From Bythopirellula sp. (GTDB lineage: Bacteria > Planctomycetota > Planctomycetia > Pirellulales > Lacipirellulaceae), in assembly GCA_965216565.1 (NCBI GenBank), contig OZ244170.1, positions 3,520,001 through 3,584,000 on the forward strand: a stretch of DNA of 64,000 bases, given 5' to 3'. Each line of letters starts with the position of its first letter. Within the stretch, counting starts at the first letter, position 1. The translations under genes were made by a program, and so were the position numbers. The notes below the pieces were generated by a model. It did no database searches. It was not told the origin of the DNA and was given only the letters and a program-made list of their open reading frames with translations. Below, piece by piece: positions 35,301 through 44,012 of the stretch.

Positions 35301-36424
35301 CAGCAACCGATATCAATACCAAAGGCGAGACGGTCCTGACGCTAAGCTTCGATGACATCGGTATCGAAACTGCCTATCTCACCGCGGATGACAGTGCATT
35401 CCGCATTATGATCGATTGGGGTTATGTGGGTGTACCCGGTATGGAAGGGTTTATTGAGCAAGTCGACTACAACGGCGGCACTCCCGAGTCGTTTGTCATT
35501 CAGCATACCTACATGCAACAGCCGAATCCGATGAATCCCGCGGCCGATCTCATTTTGCGCGTCCAAATTCTGGACGATGATAATGGCAACGACCTAGTCA
35601 TGGCCGAAGGTGCGAGCAACATCGAAATCGTAGCTATTTCCAATCCGGGAATCGGTGGGCAACCTGTCAGCATCGATACCACTCCGCAGGTTCCCCGGCT
35701 CACGTTCCAGCGCACATCGGCTACAGCACTCTCGTTCCAGTTTTCCACTACCTCTGAGGCTAACGTTAGCGGCGGCGATATACGCTCTGCCTCTTCTGAT
35801 TCCAAGGCAACGACCGAACAAATCCTGGAACTGCGGGTCATCGACTCCTACGGTGTGGAAAGCGAGGGAATTCCGCTCAAGGCAGAAGTCCTCAACAACT
35901 TGCCTGATTTGTTCTACAAGCTTCCAGACAATCACTACGTGATTTATCTGGTCCGCCAAGAGACTAACAGCGAACGTCTGGTCATCGAGATCTATCTACG
36001 CGGTGGCCGTATCATCGATCCTACCGATGACAGCGAGGGCCTGCGCAATCGTCCGCCCACAGAAGAACAAAATGACCTGCTTGACCAAACGGGCGAACAA
36101 GGTCAGCAGGACTCTGATGTGGACGCCATGCTGGAAGAAGTCAAAGAGACGCTCCAGGATGAAATTGAACCCGAGGGCGAATTGCGGATCGAGCCAGCAC
36201 AACCAATCGCTCCGCCATCAGAACAAGAAGTCGGCCCGGGAATCGACGAGGGAGCGAGCCGCGACAGGTCGACGACGCAGATGCTCGGTCTGGCCACCGG
36301 CCTGGTTGCAACCCGCTCGTTTGGCACCTGGGCTCGCCGTGTCGATCGCACCTTGGCCCAAGCAGACAAGAAAAAATGGCGAGAACTTCGTCGTCGCACC
36401 CGGCATAAGCGAAAAAACCGGTAA
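32399..36424 (+). CDS. large PKD/Ig-like repeat protein with an N-terminal LEPRxLL-like motif (candidate adhesin)
   Basis: PRTLERRRVLDA motif and about 9 repeats of IDWGDG...HxYxD...VTDDD; strongly acidic, with a hydrophobic then basic C-terminal tail. Confidence 0.85.
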   Translation: MGLFTIFASCLGLFRRKRTSHSEQLQARPLVPRTLERRRVLDASAAGAALAPLAELTDTVQTGLYDTGEGTENEEEIVLSGESENTSPSNLQIQPLDPVLENGFAQLSLSFDDPDFEDSHTVEIDWGDGTVETINLNEDQLSLVTQHQYLDDDPTATPSDLTPIMVTVTDSYGESVSESATVEVINVDPEITFFSVTSPINENDSVILQLAFEDVGSLDNHTVEIDWGDGTPIETIILSDDQFSLVTQHKYLDDNPSGTPSDDYTVTATVIDDDTGSDSAMTVVTVNNVNPILMLNPLADISENDSTTLSGNVSDVGTLDTFTLDIDWGDPLSPDNVQSFNLGNVVLTEAADGINWNPVTGDFSLSHQYLDDNPSGDPSNDYTVSVTVTDDDTGTNMAMAMLTVSNVAPMVTINDAPLNSPEGTQIDLTSTVVDPGSLDTFTYAWEASVGGNVVATGSDPNFSFTPADDGTYLVKLEVTDDDGESGMNMVSIEVMNVDPTLAPIANITANEGEFIMLPPATFSDPGFDLVAAGTQENFTATIDWGDGTTEPVGDITLVEVPGSEGVLTTGTIQAMHAYADNGVYTVTVTVIDDDGGSASQMFEVTVSNVNPTLDPIANITANEGEFIMLPPATFSDPGFDLAAAGTQENFTATIDWGDGTTEPVGDITLVEVPGSEGVLTTGTIQAMHAYADNGVYTVTVTVIDDDGGVGMAEFTVTVANVAPSLTGVDGSEILDEGEEFTLADFGLGISDPGFDNPLNVGGELEETFTGVSIDWGDGTAAIPVNVVNRVSGSEGVLTTAEFDHAAHAYADNGTYTVTVTFSDDDGGVTAAEFEVIVNNVAPTLVLTDRVLVINEGDTLDLFDLGTFSDPGFDNPANPNGASTESFTYEITWEQGVAPEGGLLPATEVDGMQGTPTTGTLADSHLYIDNDDDSFFTITVTLTDDDGGSDTQQIMVQVNNLNPVLDPIAATDINTKGETVLTLSFDDIGIETAYLTADDSAFRIMIDWGYVGVPGMEGFIEQVDYNGGTPESFVIQHTYMQQPNPMNPAADLILRVQILDDDNGNDLVMAEGASNIEIVAISNPGIGGQPVSIDTTPQVPRLTFQRTSATALSFQFSTTSEANVSGGDIRSASSDSKATTEQILELRVIDSYGVESEGIPLKAEVLNNLPDLFYKLPDNHYVIYLVRQETNSERLVIEIYLRGGRIIDPTDDSEGLRNRPPTEEQNDLLDQTGEQGQQDSDVDAMLEEVKETLQDEIEPEGELRIEPAQPIAPPSEQEVGPGIDEGASRDRSTTQMLGLATGLVATRSFGTWARRVDRTLAQADKKKWRELRRRTRHKRKNR
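33905..34521 (+). repeat. intragenic tandem duplication, period 336 bp (112 aa)
   Basis: 33905-34185 and 34241-34521 are near-identical at the DNA level. Confidence 0.92.
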
Positions 36425-36528
36425 CAGTCCCTTTTTCTCCGCCGCCGAATTACAATCAATGGTAGGGCTTTTCCGCCATCCGGCTGCCCCTGACTTGGCA
36501 ATTTTCTATTCGGATCTGGGATCGATTT

Positions 36529-39500
36529 ATGGCCGCGTGTCATGTCTGCCACAATTTAGCCGACGAGTCCTCACTTGCCGCTGGAAAGTGTGGCGTGTGT
36601 GGCGCTGTGCTGCGTAAGATGCCACGGCGTAGCATTGATGACCAAACGCAGCCGCTCGATCCCACGAAGACTCCACCTTCGCCAGAACCGCCCGCCCCTC
36701 CCAGTTCTCCCGGCGAACAAACCATCACTCTTGGTGAGGAACAAGCCACGGTCATTAGCCCGATGGATCTCTCCGCCGGTTCACCACCTGCAACAGACAC
36801 AGGCGAGGACTTGGGTCCGGAGCATGATACGAACAGCGGTCAGGAGAATCTCGAAACCCATCGGACTGAGACTCCTGCTGAGCCGACTGATTCAGATCCC
36901 TACAAGACAGTAGCTCCCGAAGAGAAGCTACCAACCGAAGAGGCACCGACTTCGGATCAAGGCTCTTCAGATGAGGGGCAAGGCACCGTTGCCTTCTCGC
37001 CCGATCAAACCGTCGATTTCGCAGCCGGGATCACGGGTCTCGACAGCGATTCGGATGATCCTCCCTCCGACGAAGGCCAAGGAACTGTTGCATTCTCGCC
37101 GGACAAGACCATCGATTTTAAAGGAGACGTCTCTGGCGATGACCTTGATTCTTTGGTCACGGCCAATTGGGACACCAATGTCGAAGGCGATGTGAAGGAT
37201 TCCCGGGGCACAATCAAGCAGAAAGACACCGTGCATGGCCAGATGGCCACTAAAAGTTCGATCGTGGTTAAGTCCCGGCAATTCCATAGTGGGCGATCTG
37301 CCGTCGATCAAATTATTTCTCCTGCCGATGCACCTGACTACGAGTTGCTCGATGTGATCGGTGAAGGCGGCATGGGCGTGGTTTATGCCGCACGCCAATC
37401 GGCGATTGCTCGGACTGTGGCCGTCAAGATGCTGAAAGGCAAAGACACAGAGTCGGTAGAGCAGAGAGAGAAATTCATTTCCGAAGCGGTAGTCACTGGC
37501 GAACTCGACCATCCGAACATCGTGCCTATTTACGATCTAGGCTCAAACGATAGCGGTGCCCTCTTCTATTCCATGAAGCGGGTGAAAGGAACGCCATGGA
37601 ACAAGGTACTTAGCGAGAAATCGCTTGACGAAAATCTGAACATATTGCTAAGGGTCGCCGACGCGGTAGCGTTCGCCCATGCCAATGGCGTGGTGCATCG
37701 CGATCTGAAGCCTGAGAACACCATGCTCGGCGACTTCGGCGAAGTGCTGGTGATGGACTGGGGACTTGCGCGCATCAGCCCCGACTTCCCTAATGCCGAC
37801 TCCGTGAGCCAATCGGACGTGATGGGTGGCACGCCCGCCTATATGGCTCCCGAGATGGCTACCGGACCCATCGAGAAGGTAACAATCGCCAGCGATATTT
37901 ATCTGCTGGGGGCCATGCTCTATGAAATCATCGAGGGTCGCACCCCTCATACTGGCAGCACCGTAATGGCCTGTCTGTTCGCTGCCGCCAAGAACAAGAT
38001 TCCTCCGCCCAAGAATCCCGGCGAGTTGTCTGACATAGCCCTCAAGGCCATGGCAACCGATCCGGCGGATCGTTACGCGTCAGCTCGCGAATTCCAAGAA
38101 GCCTTACGAGTGTACCAATCGCACTCCGAGAGCATTGTACTTACTGATAGTGCTGCTAAGAGTCTGGCCGAAGCGCGTGACAAGGACGACTACGATCTAT
38201 TCAGCCGAGCCATGTACGGTTTTCAGGAAGCGGTCACCATGTGGTCGGGCAACCGACGCGCCAAGGAGTTGCTTTCGGAATCGAAAGTGGCCTATGCCAA
38301 CTCGGCGTTAGGTCGTGGCGACTTTGAATTAGGCCTTTCGCTACTGGACTCGCAAGATGCCGAGCACGCGGAGGTGATTGCCCAACTGGAAGCGGGTCGC
38401 AAAGAGCGCCGGTCGCGGCAACGTCGCATGAATCTCCTGAAAGGTCTCGTGGCAGCGCTCATTGCCGCCGTGATTGGCACGGTTGGCTATGCGTATGTGG
38501 CTGTAAGCCAGCAACGCGACATTGCCGTCAAGGCGCGCGACGAGGCAGTCACTCAGCGCGACCGCGCCGAAGAGCAGGAGAAAATTGCCAAAGAGCAAAC
38601 AAAACGCGCCGTCGCGGCAGAAAAAGACGCCTTAGAGCAAAAAGACGTAGCTCTGGCCGCCGAAGAAGAGGCTGTGAAACAAAAAGTGAAGGCTGACGTC
38701 GCCAGAGACAAGGCTATTGAGCAAGAAAAAATTGCTAAAGAGCAACGCCAGCTAGCCGTAGAAGCCAAGCAGCGAGAAGAGTACGAAGCCTATGTGGCTC
38801 AAATCGGATTGGCGAATGCCAAGATCGAAGAGAACGCGTTCGACCGAGCTCAGCAACTCTTGATGCAATGCAACGAGGAGCTCAGCCGCTGGGAGTGGGG
38901 ACGGCTCGCCTATCTATGCCAACTTAGCGAGGCAACCTGGCAGTTGGACGGGCCAGTGGAAGACATCGCTTACTCTCCCGATGGCAAGTACTACGCTACC
39001 GCTGATCTGGCCGGCAACGCTATCCTCTGGGACGCAGCGAATCACAAGAAACTCAAGACCCTTTCTCACGGGCAGTACGTCCACGCAGTCGCCTTCGATA
39101 ACACGGGCACCAAGTTTGCCTCAGGCAGTAGCGATCGAACGATTCGCATCTACAGTGTCCCCGATGGCAAACAGTTGCGACAACTTGCGGGACATAAAGA
39201 TGGGGTGATTAGCCTGAGCTTTAGTCCAGATGGCCGCCAACTACTAAGCGGTAGTTTTGACAACACCGCAGTTCTGTGGGACGTCCGTTCTGGAAAACCA
39301 GTTCAACAGCTGAAGGGGCATAGTTGGTGGGTCTGGAACGCGGAGTTCTCCAAAGACAATAACCGCATTGTTACCGCCGGTCAGGATGGCAAGGCAATCG
39401 TCTGGAGCCGTCAGGCGAGCCAGGGAGCCTACCGACCTCTAACCGAATTTACAAAGCATCGCGGCCCAATCAACGCAGCGACCTTCTCGCCAGATGGTTC

Positions 39501-41712
39501 TCGAATCGCCACGGCCGGAGCCGACGGACGGATACTGATTTGGAATCCCGATGAAGTCCAGCCTGTGGATATTGCCCGACGCATTGATAACGAAGTCGAT
39601 CCACCCGCCCCCTACGTCGAATTCTTAGGTCACGAAAAACCGGTTTGCTCGATTGCCTTCTCACCCGACGGGTCGCAATTGATTTCTGGTGGCGAAGACA
39701 ATGTCAGTCGAATTTGGCAAGTGGCAACTGGCGAACAATTGTTGAGCTTGCGGGGTCATACAAGCTATGTCCGAGACTGTGTGTTCTCTCCCGATGGCAG
39801 TCGGGTGCTCTCCGCTAGTCGAGATCAACAAGTGAAATTATGGGATCCCTCGTCGTATGGTGAGGCCCTGGCGTTGGGCCGCAACGAAGGTTCGCAACAT
39901 GCTGATGCCGTGCTGTCGGCGCGATTCTCTACCGACGGGAGTCAAATCGTAACCGCCAGCCGCGACCGCACCGCACAACTGTGGGACACGCAATCGCAGA
40001 CTTTAGTCGAGTCGTTCAACGAGGGACATGAATTTCTGGCCTCCTATGCTGTGTTCTTTAGCGGTGGTAGCAAGCTGGCGACTTCCGCTGGGGATGGCAC
40101 GACCCGGATTTGGAACGTCGCCAGTGGTACGGAAATCGATAGTCTCAAGGGCACAGGTCGCACAGCGTCGCTTGATGTCTCTGCAGACGGTCGTTGGCTT
40201 GCCACGGCTGGCAATGAGAACAACGTGAAAGTATGGGATCTAAATTCTAATAAGTTGGTTGCGAATCTAAGGGGACACGAGGAGGCTGTGAGCGCGATTA
40301 GTTTTGCCTCGGATGGCACGGCCTTGGCTTCGGGTGACGAACGAGGGCGTTGCCGGACCTGGATTCTGGAAGACAACCAGTGGCGGGACGGACAAGAGCT
40401 ACGAGGACATAGCCGGGCCATTACGGGACTTGCGTTCACGCCGCAGGGTCGACTAGTTTCGGCCAGTGGCGACAACACATGTGCCCAATGGGATTTGAAA
40501 ACCGGTCGAGAGTTGACCACGCTTGTTCTTAAGCATCCTGGTTGGGTCACCGATCTGGATGTTTCCGAAGACGGTGCAATGGCTCTAACAATTTGCGACG
40601 ATGGTCAGTTGCGGTTGTGGTCTTTGGAAGACGCCCGGCCACTTCGCAAGATTCAGCCCCGTACCAATGTGCTATTCACCTCGGTCGATATTTCGCCTAA
40701 CGGGAAGTTGGCTATCGCTGCCTGTGCGGCTGAGGCTTCTGTGCAAATGTGGAAGTTAGATACGGGCGAAGAGGTCACTGATGGTAATGCAGCTTGGCTC
40801 GACTTGGGCGATCGCAGTGGTATCCTCTGGTCGGCTCAGTTCTCTCCCAGCGGCGATCGCGTGCTAACGATCGGCGGAAATGATGCACAAATGTGGGATA
40901 TCGGCAGCCGCGAACAACTAGTGCGATTTACCCCGCACGGAACCGTGGCGTCGGCCGATCTGTCACCCGATGGCAGACTTTTGGTCACCGGCAGCTGGGA
41001 CCGTTCGGCCAAGATTTGGGATGTCTCTACAGGAAAAGCGATTCGCAAGCTCGACGGCGTTCACCAAGGTTTTGTGAATAGCGTTGAGTTTTCGCCGAAT
41101 GGAAAACTCATTCTCACGGCTAGCGACGATGGTACAGCCCGCGTTTGGGATGTCGCGTCTGGCGAGGTAACCGAACCTATATTCCAGGGTCATTCGGGGC
41201 GTGTCCTCAGTGCCCGCTTTAGCGCCGACGGCTCGAAAGTGCTGACCACCTCCGGTGACAAGACCGCGAAGATTTGGGATGCAAGCACTGGCAAAATCTT
41301 AACAACCTTGTCGGGACATCGATGGGGCGTGCTGTGCGGAGAGTTTTCTGCGGATGCCAACAGAGTTGTCACGGGCAGCGCAGATGACCAGGCGATTGTC
41401 TGGGACGCCCGCTCAGGTGAGATCCTGATGAAGTTGGCCGGCCACACCTCCAGCGTCACTGGGGTTGCCTTCTCGCCCGATGGCAATCGAGTACTAACTG
41501 GGAGCCGAGACAGCCTTTGCAAGCTATGGGATGCCCGCACTGGCAAAGAGATTTTGACACTCGAAGGTCAAAACGCTGAGATCACTTCGGTGAGCTTCTC
41601 CCCGGACGGACTTTCCGTTCTGACGAGTGACCGCGATGGCCAGACAAGACTGTGGCCGGCGCTCGACTGGCGACAACGGCGTCCCCAACAGGCATGGCAC
41701 ACTCCACGCTAG
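36529..41712 (+). CDS. Hanks-type Ser/Thr kinase with TM, coiled coil and 21 WD40 repeats
   Basis: IGEGGMGVVY, VAVK, HRDLKPEN, DWG and GTPAYMAPE; TM LVAALIAAVIGTVGYAYV; 21 GH...WD-type repeats counted; N-terminal CxxC...CxxC. Confidence 0.95.
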   Translation: MAACHVCHNLADESSLAAGKCGVCGAVLRKMPRRSIDDQTQPLDPTKTPPSPEPPAPPSSPGEQTITLGEEQATVISPMDLSAGSPPATDTGEDLGPEHDTNSGQENLETHRTETPAEPTDSDPYKTVAPEEKLPTEEAPTSDQGSSDEGQGTVAFSPDQTVDFAAGITGLDSDSDDPPSDEGQGTVAFSPDKTIDFKGDVSGDDLDSLVTANWDTNVEGDVKDSRGTIKQKDTVHGQMATKSSIVVKSRQFHSGRSAVDQIISPADAPDYELLDVIGEGGMGVVYAARQSAIARTVAVKMLKGKDTESVEQREKFISEAVVTGELDHPNIVPIYDLGSNDSGALFYSMKRVKGTPWNKVLSEKSLDENLNILLRVADAVAFAHANGVVHRDLKPENTMLGDFGEVLVMDWGLARISPDFPNADSVSQSDVMGGTPAYMAPEMATGPIEKVTIASDIYLLGAMLYEIIEGRTPHTGSTVMACLFAAAKNKIPPPKNPGELSDIALKAMATDPADRYASAREFQEALRVYQSHSESIVLTDSAAKSLAEARDKDDYDLFSRAMYGFQEAVTMWSGNRRAKELLSESKVAYANSALGRGDFELGLSLLDSQDAEHAEVIAQLEAGRKERRSRQRRMNLLKGLVAALIAAVIGTVGYAYVAVSQQRDIAVKARDEAVTQRDRAEEQEKIAKEQTKRAVAAEKDALEQKDVALAAEEEAVKQKVKADVARDKAIEQEKIAKEQRQLAVEAKQREEYEAYVAQIGLANAKIEENAFDRAQQLLMQCNEELSRWEWGRLAYLCQLSEATWQLDGPVEDIAYSPDGKYYATADLAGNAILWDAANHKKLKTLSHGQYVHAVAFDNTGTKFASGSSDRTIRIYSVPDGKQLRQLAGHKDGVISLSFSPDGRQLLSGSFDNTAVLWDVRSGKPVQQLKGHSWWVWNAEFSKDNNRIVTAGQDGKAIVWSRQASQGAYRPLTEFTKHRGPINAATFSPDGSRIATAGADGRILIWNPDEVQPVDIARRIDNEVDPPAPYVEFLGHEKPVCSIAFSPDGSQLISGGEDNVSRIWQVATGEQLLSLRGHTSYVRDCVFSPDGSRVLSASRDQQVKLWDPSSYGEALALGRNEGSQHADAVLSARFSTDGSQIVTASRDRTAQLWDTQSQTLVESFNEGHEFLASYAVFFSGGSKLATSAGDGTTRIWNVASGTEIDSLKGTGRTASLDVSADGRWLATAGNENNVKVWDLNSNKLVANLRGHEEAVSAISFASDGTALASGDERGRCRTWILEDNQWRDGQELRGHSRAITGLAFTPQGRLVSASGDNTCAQWDLKTGRELTTLVLKHPGWVTDLDVSEDGAMALTICDDGQLRLWSLEDARPLRKIQPRTNVLFTSVDISPNGKLAIAACAAEASVQMWKLDTGEEVTDGNAAWLDLGDRSGILWSAQFSPSGDRVLTIGGNDAQMWDIGSREQLVRFTPHGTVASADLSPDGRLLVTGSWDRSAKIWDVSTGKAIRKLDGVHQGFVNSVEFSPNGKLILTASDDGTARVWDVASGEVTEPIFQGHSGRVLSARFSADGSKVLTTSGDKTAKIWDASTGKILTTLSGHRWGVLCGEFSADANRVVTGSADDQAIVWDARSGEILMKLAGHTSSVTGVAFSPDGNRVLTGSRDSLCKLWDARTGKEILTLEGQNAEITSVSFSPDGLSVLTSDRDGQTRLWPALDWRQRRPQQAWHTPR

Positions 41713-41896
41713 CAGTCTCAATTACAATACTTCGACTCGCACTTTATCTACGCTAGCACCGTTCACCTGGAAACCTCCTTCAGGTGTATGGCAAGATGAA
41801 CCGATAATGTTGACGAGTACATGCTCTGCGCACAGGGACTGTGCATGCATAGCGACGACTGTCTACCAACTAATTGTCGAACAAGGAAGTGTCGAC

Positions 41897-42904
41897 GTGC
41901 TGAAGCCGTATCGAATTCATGACGCCGAAAATCGGGCTAGCTCTTTCTCGCGCCGGCCTATTGTCTTGGCTCGGCTACCATTCGTTGGTCAGGAAGTAAG
42001 CCCGCCTGGCGAATACCACCCTGAGCATGAGCGCGCGCCTCAGGCAATGCCTCCAGCTCCAGCACAGGTACCACAGCAGCCAAATTTCGAGAGTCTTGCT
42101 GCACCGCATTTGGAGTCGCGCAGCTTCTTGGCAGATGATCAGGTTACGTCCGAATACAATTCGCCCCGGATAGATCCCGGTCACCAAGCTACTGAGATTC
42201 AGGCGCCAGAAGTACAGCAACCAGAGATCCAGGCGCCGGCAAATCATCAGTCCAATAATGAGCAACATTCTTGGACGCGAAGCGCAAAGAACCCCGGCGG
42301 GCTCTATCAGCTACAAAAGCAACTTGCTACCAACTCTGGGCTTATTGTAACCCTGGCACTGGTTGCTTCGGCACTGTTCCTCTACATGGCAATCATTGCT
42401 CCTGTGGAGCCCCCGACCGTGGATTATAGCAATAGCTATGAATTCTACGGTGAAAATCAGGCGGTGCCACAAACGAACCTGCCAGATACCGAGATGTCTT
42501 CTGAAGCTCAGGTGAATTCTCTGGACCTTCCTGCGGATCCCTTTGAAGTCGGTGCGGCGGAGTCGGGTCGAGCCGCGCTGGTGCAGGGCGATAACTCGTC
42601 CATCGGCGGCACACCCACTCGCCCCAAAGACAGGGTTGCTGCTGCTATTGACGAGGAGCTCAAGCTTGCACCTTCACATTCTGGGATTAGCAAACGACCC
42701 GAGGTCGTGCAATTGCCAACCATCGATGAGGATTCGGGGAACGTGGAACTAATCTTCGACGATGCCAGCGCTTTCACATATCCCCATACACCACAACCGA
42801 TTTTCGACTTTGGCCCCTTGAACATTACCGATGATCCGGCAGATGCACCGAGTCGAGAATCCGCAAGCAAGTCGGCCGTGGCCAATCGACCGCAATTCAA
42901 TTAA
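41897..42904 (+). CDS. hypothetical single-TM protein with Pro/Gln-rich disordered regions
   Basis: GTG start after aaggaag preferred because the 41627 start would overlap the kinase; TM GLIVTLALVASALFLYMAII. Confidence 0.6.
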   Translation: MLKPYRIHDAENRASSFSRRPIVLARLPFVGQEVSPPGEYHPEHERAPQAMPPAPAQVPQQPNFESLAAPHLESRSFLADDQVTSEYNSPRIDPGHQATEIQAPEVQQPEIQAPANHQSNNEQHSWTRSAKNPGGLYQLQKQLATNSGLIVTLALVASALFLYMAIIAPVEPPTVDYSNSYEFYGENQAVPQTNLPDTEMSSEAQVNSLDLPADPFEVGAAESGRAALVQGDNSSIGGTPTRPKDRVAAAIDEELKLAPSHSGISKRPEVVQLPTIDEDSGNVELIFDDASAFTYPHTPQPIFDFGPLNITDDPADAPSRESASKSAVANRPQFN

Positions 42905-42962
42905 GCAGACGAAGCTAGACATTGGTATCCTGCGCTCCTCTGCCATATCGGAACAAATTATT

Positions 42963-44000
42963 ATGAGTCAAATCGATCAGGCGTTCATTCAGGCGTACAG
43001 CTCGGAAGCACCGCCGGCCACCCCGGCAAGCCATCCCCATAGCATTAGACAACCGGCACCCAGGCTGTTCCAGGATCAGCCGCCTCCTGCTAACAGCTAT
43101 GAGATGGATGTCCACGCCGGTGTTCGATCTCCACATGTCGATTTTTCCAGCGGCAGCGAAACTGCAGCCCACGATCCTCGGGCAGAGATCGCAGCGCTGC
43201 AGCAGTCGAGCGTGGCACAGGCCATGCCCAGTGGTGTGCAGTCGGCTGAAGCTCCCTCGACGCCAAGACAACCTCTGTCCAGCTTTGCGGCAGCTCAGAA
43301 AGAGAGTACGAACTCGTTTCGTCCTGTGTTTGAGGTCGACGCCTTTCGCTGGCCGGCGGTGACGACCAATTTGCTACAGCAACATGCGTCGATGTTAGCA
43401 CCAATTGCTGAAGAGCTGATCTCGTCTAGTGAGGCGGGGCGTTCGATGGTGGCCATCGCCGGTGCCCGTCATTGCGTAGGTGCGACAACGATTCAGCTAA
43501 GCTTGGCACGAATGCTAGCCGCGGCCGAAAAAGAAGTCGCAATCGTTGACGGCGATTTCGCCACTCGTGCGATGGCGAAAGCACTTGGACTTGAGTTTGA
43601 CACAGGTTGGGAGGACGTCTTAACCGGTCAGGTACCACTGGCCGAAGGGGTCGTTCATTCGATTCAAGACAATATCTCTCTGCTACCTTTAGCGGGTCGA
43701 GACTCGAACCCTGTTGAACTGTTGGCAGGCATCCAGGCTTCGATCAGTGCTGGGGTGCTTCGGTACCATTACGACGTGGTGCTTATCGATTTTGGCGATG
43801 CCGGTCGCCAACCTCAATGGCCAGTTGCCCAGAAATTGTTCGAGCAGTGCCGCATCGATTCGAGCATTATCGTGGCAGACGCCGCCCACTCCAATCAAAC
43901 GATGTATGAGAACATCGACCCGTTGATGAATTTATTTGGGAATACTTGTCTGGGTGTGATTGGCAACTCTACGGTCTCCCCCTCGATCCCCACTCGCTAA
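42963..44000 (+). CDS. MinD/BY-kinase (CpsD/CapB)-like P-loop protein with a degenerate Walker A
   Basis: MSQIDQAF start, VAIAGARHCVGATT (Lys replaced by Ala), VAIVDGD and YDVVLIDFG. Confidence 0.7.
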   Translation: MSQIDQAFIQAYSSEAPPATPASHPHSIRQPAPRLFQDQPPPANSYEMDVHAGVRSPHVDFSSGSETAAHDPRAEIAALQQSSVAQAMPSGVQSAEAPSTPRQPLSSFAAAQKESTNSFRPVFEVDAFRWPAVTTNLLQQHASMLAPIAEELISSSEAGRSMVAIAGARHCVGATTIQLSLARMLAAAEKEVAIVDGDFATRAMAKALGLEFDTGWEDVLTGQVPLAEGVVHSIQDNISLLPLAGRDSNPVELLAGIQASISAGVLRYHYDVVLIDFGDAGRQPQWPVAQKLFEQCRIDSSIIVADAAHSNQTMYENIDPLMNLFGNTCLGVIGNSTVSPSIPTR

Positions 44001-44012
44001 ATCGAACGACGC

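Noticed and set aside
41627..41896. N-terminal extension of the 41627 ORF overlapping the kinase gene (similarly the long starts at 25920, 28899, 42831, 48262 and 50501)
   Set aside because: Downstream starts with better RBS or family-typical N-termini exist and avoid the overlaps or atypical extensions.
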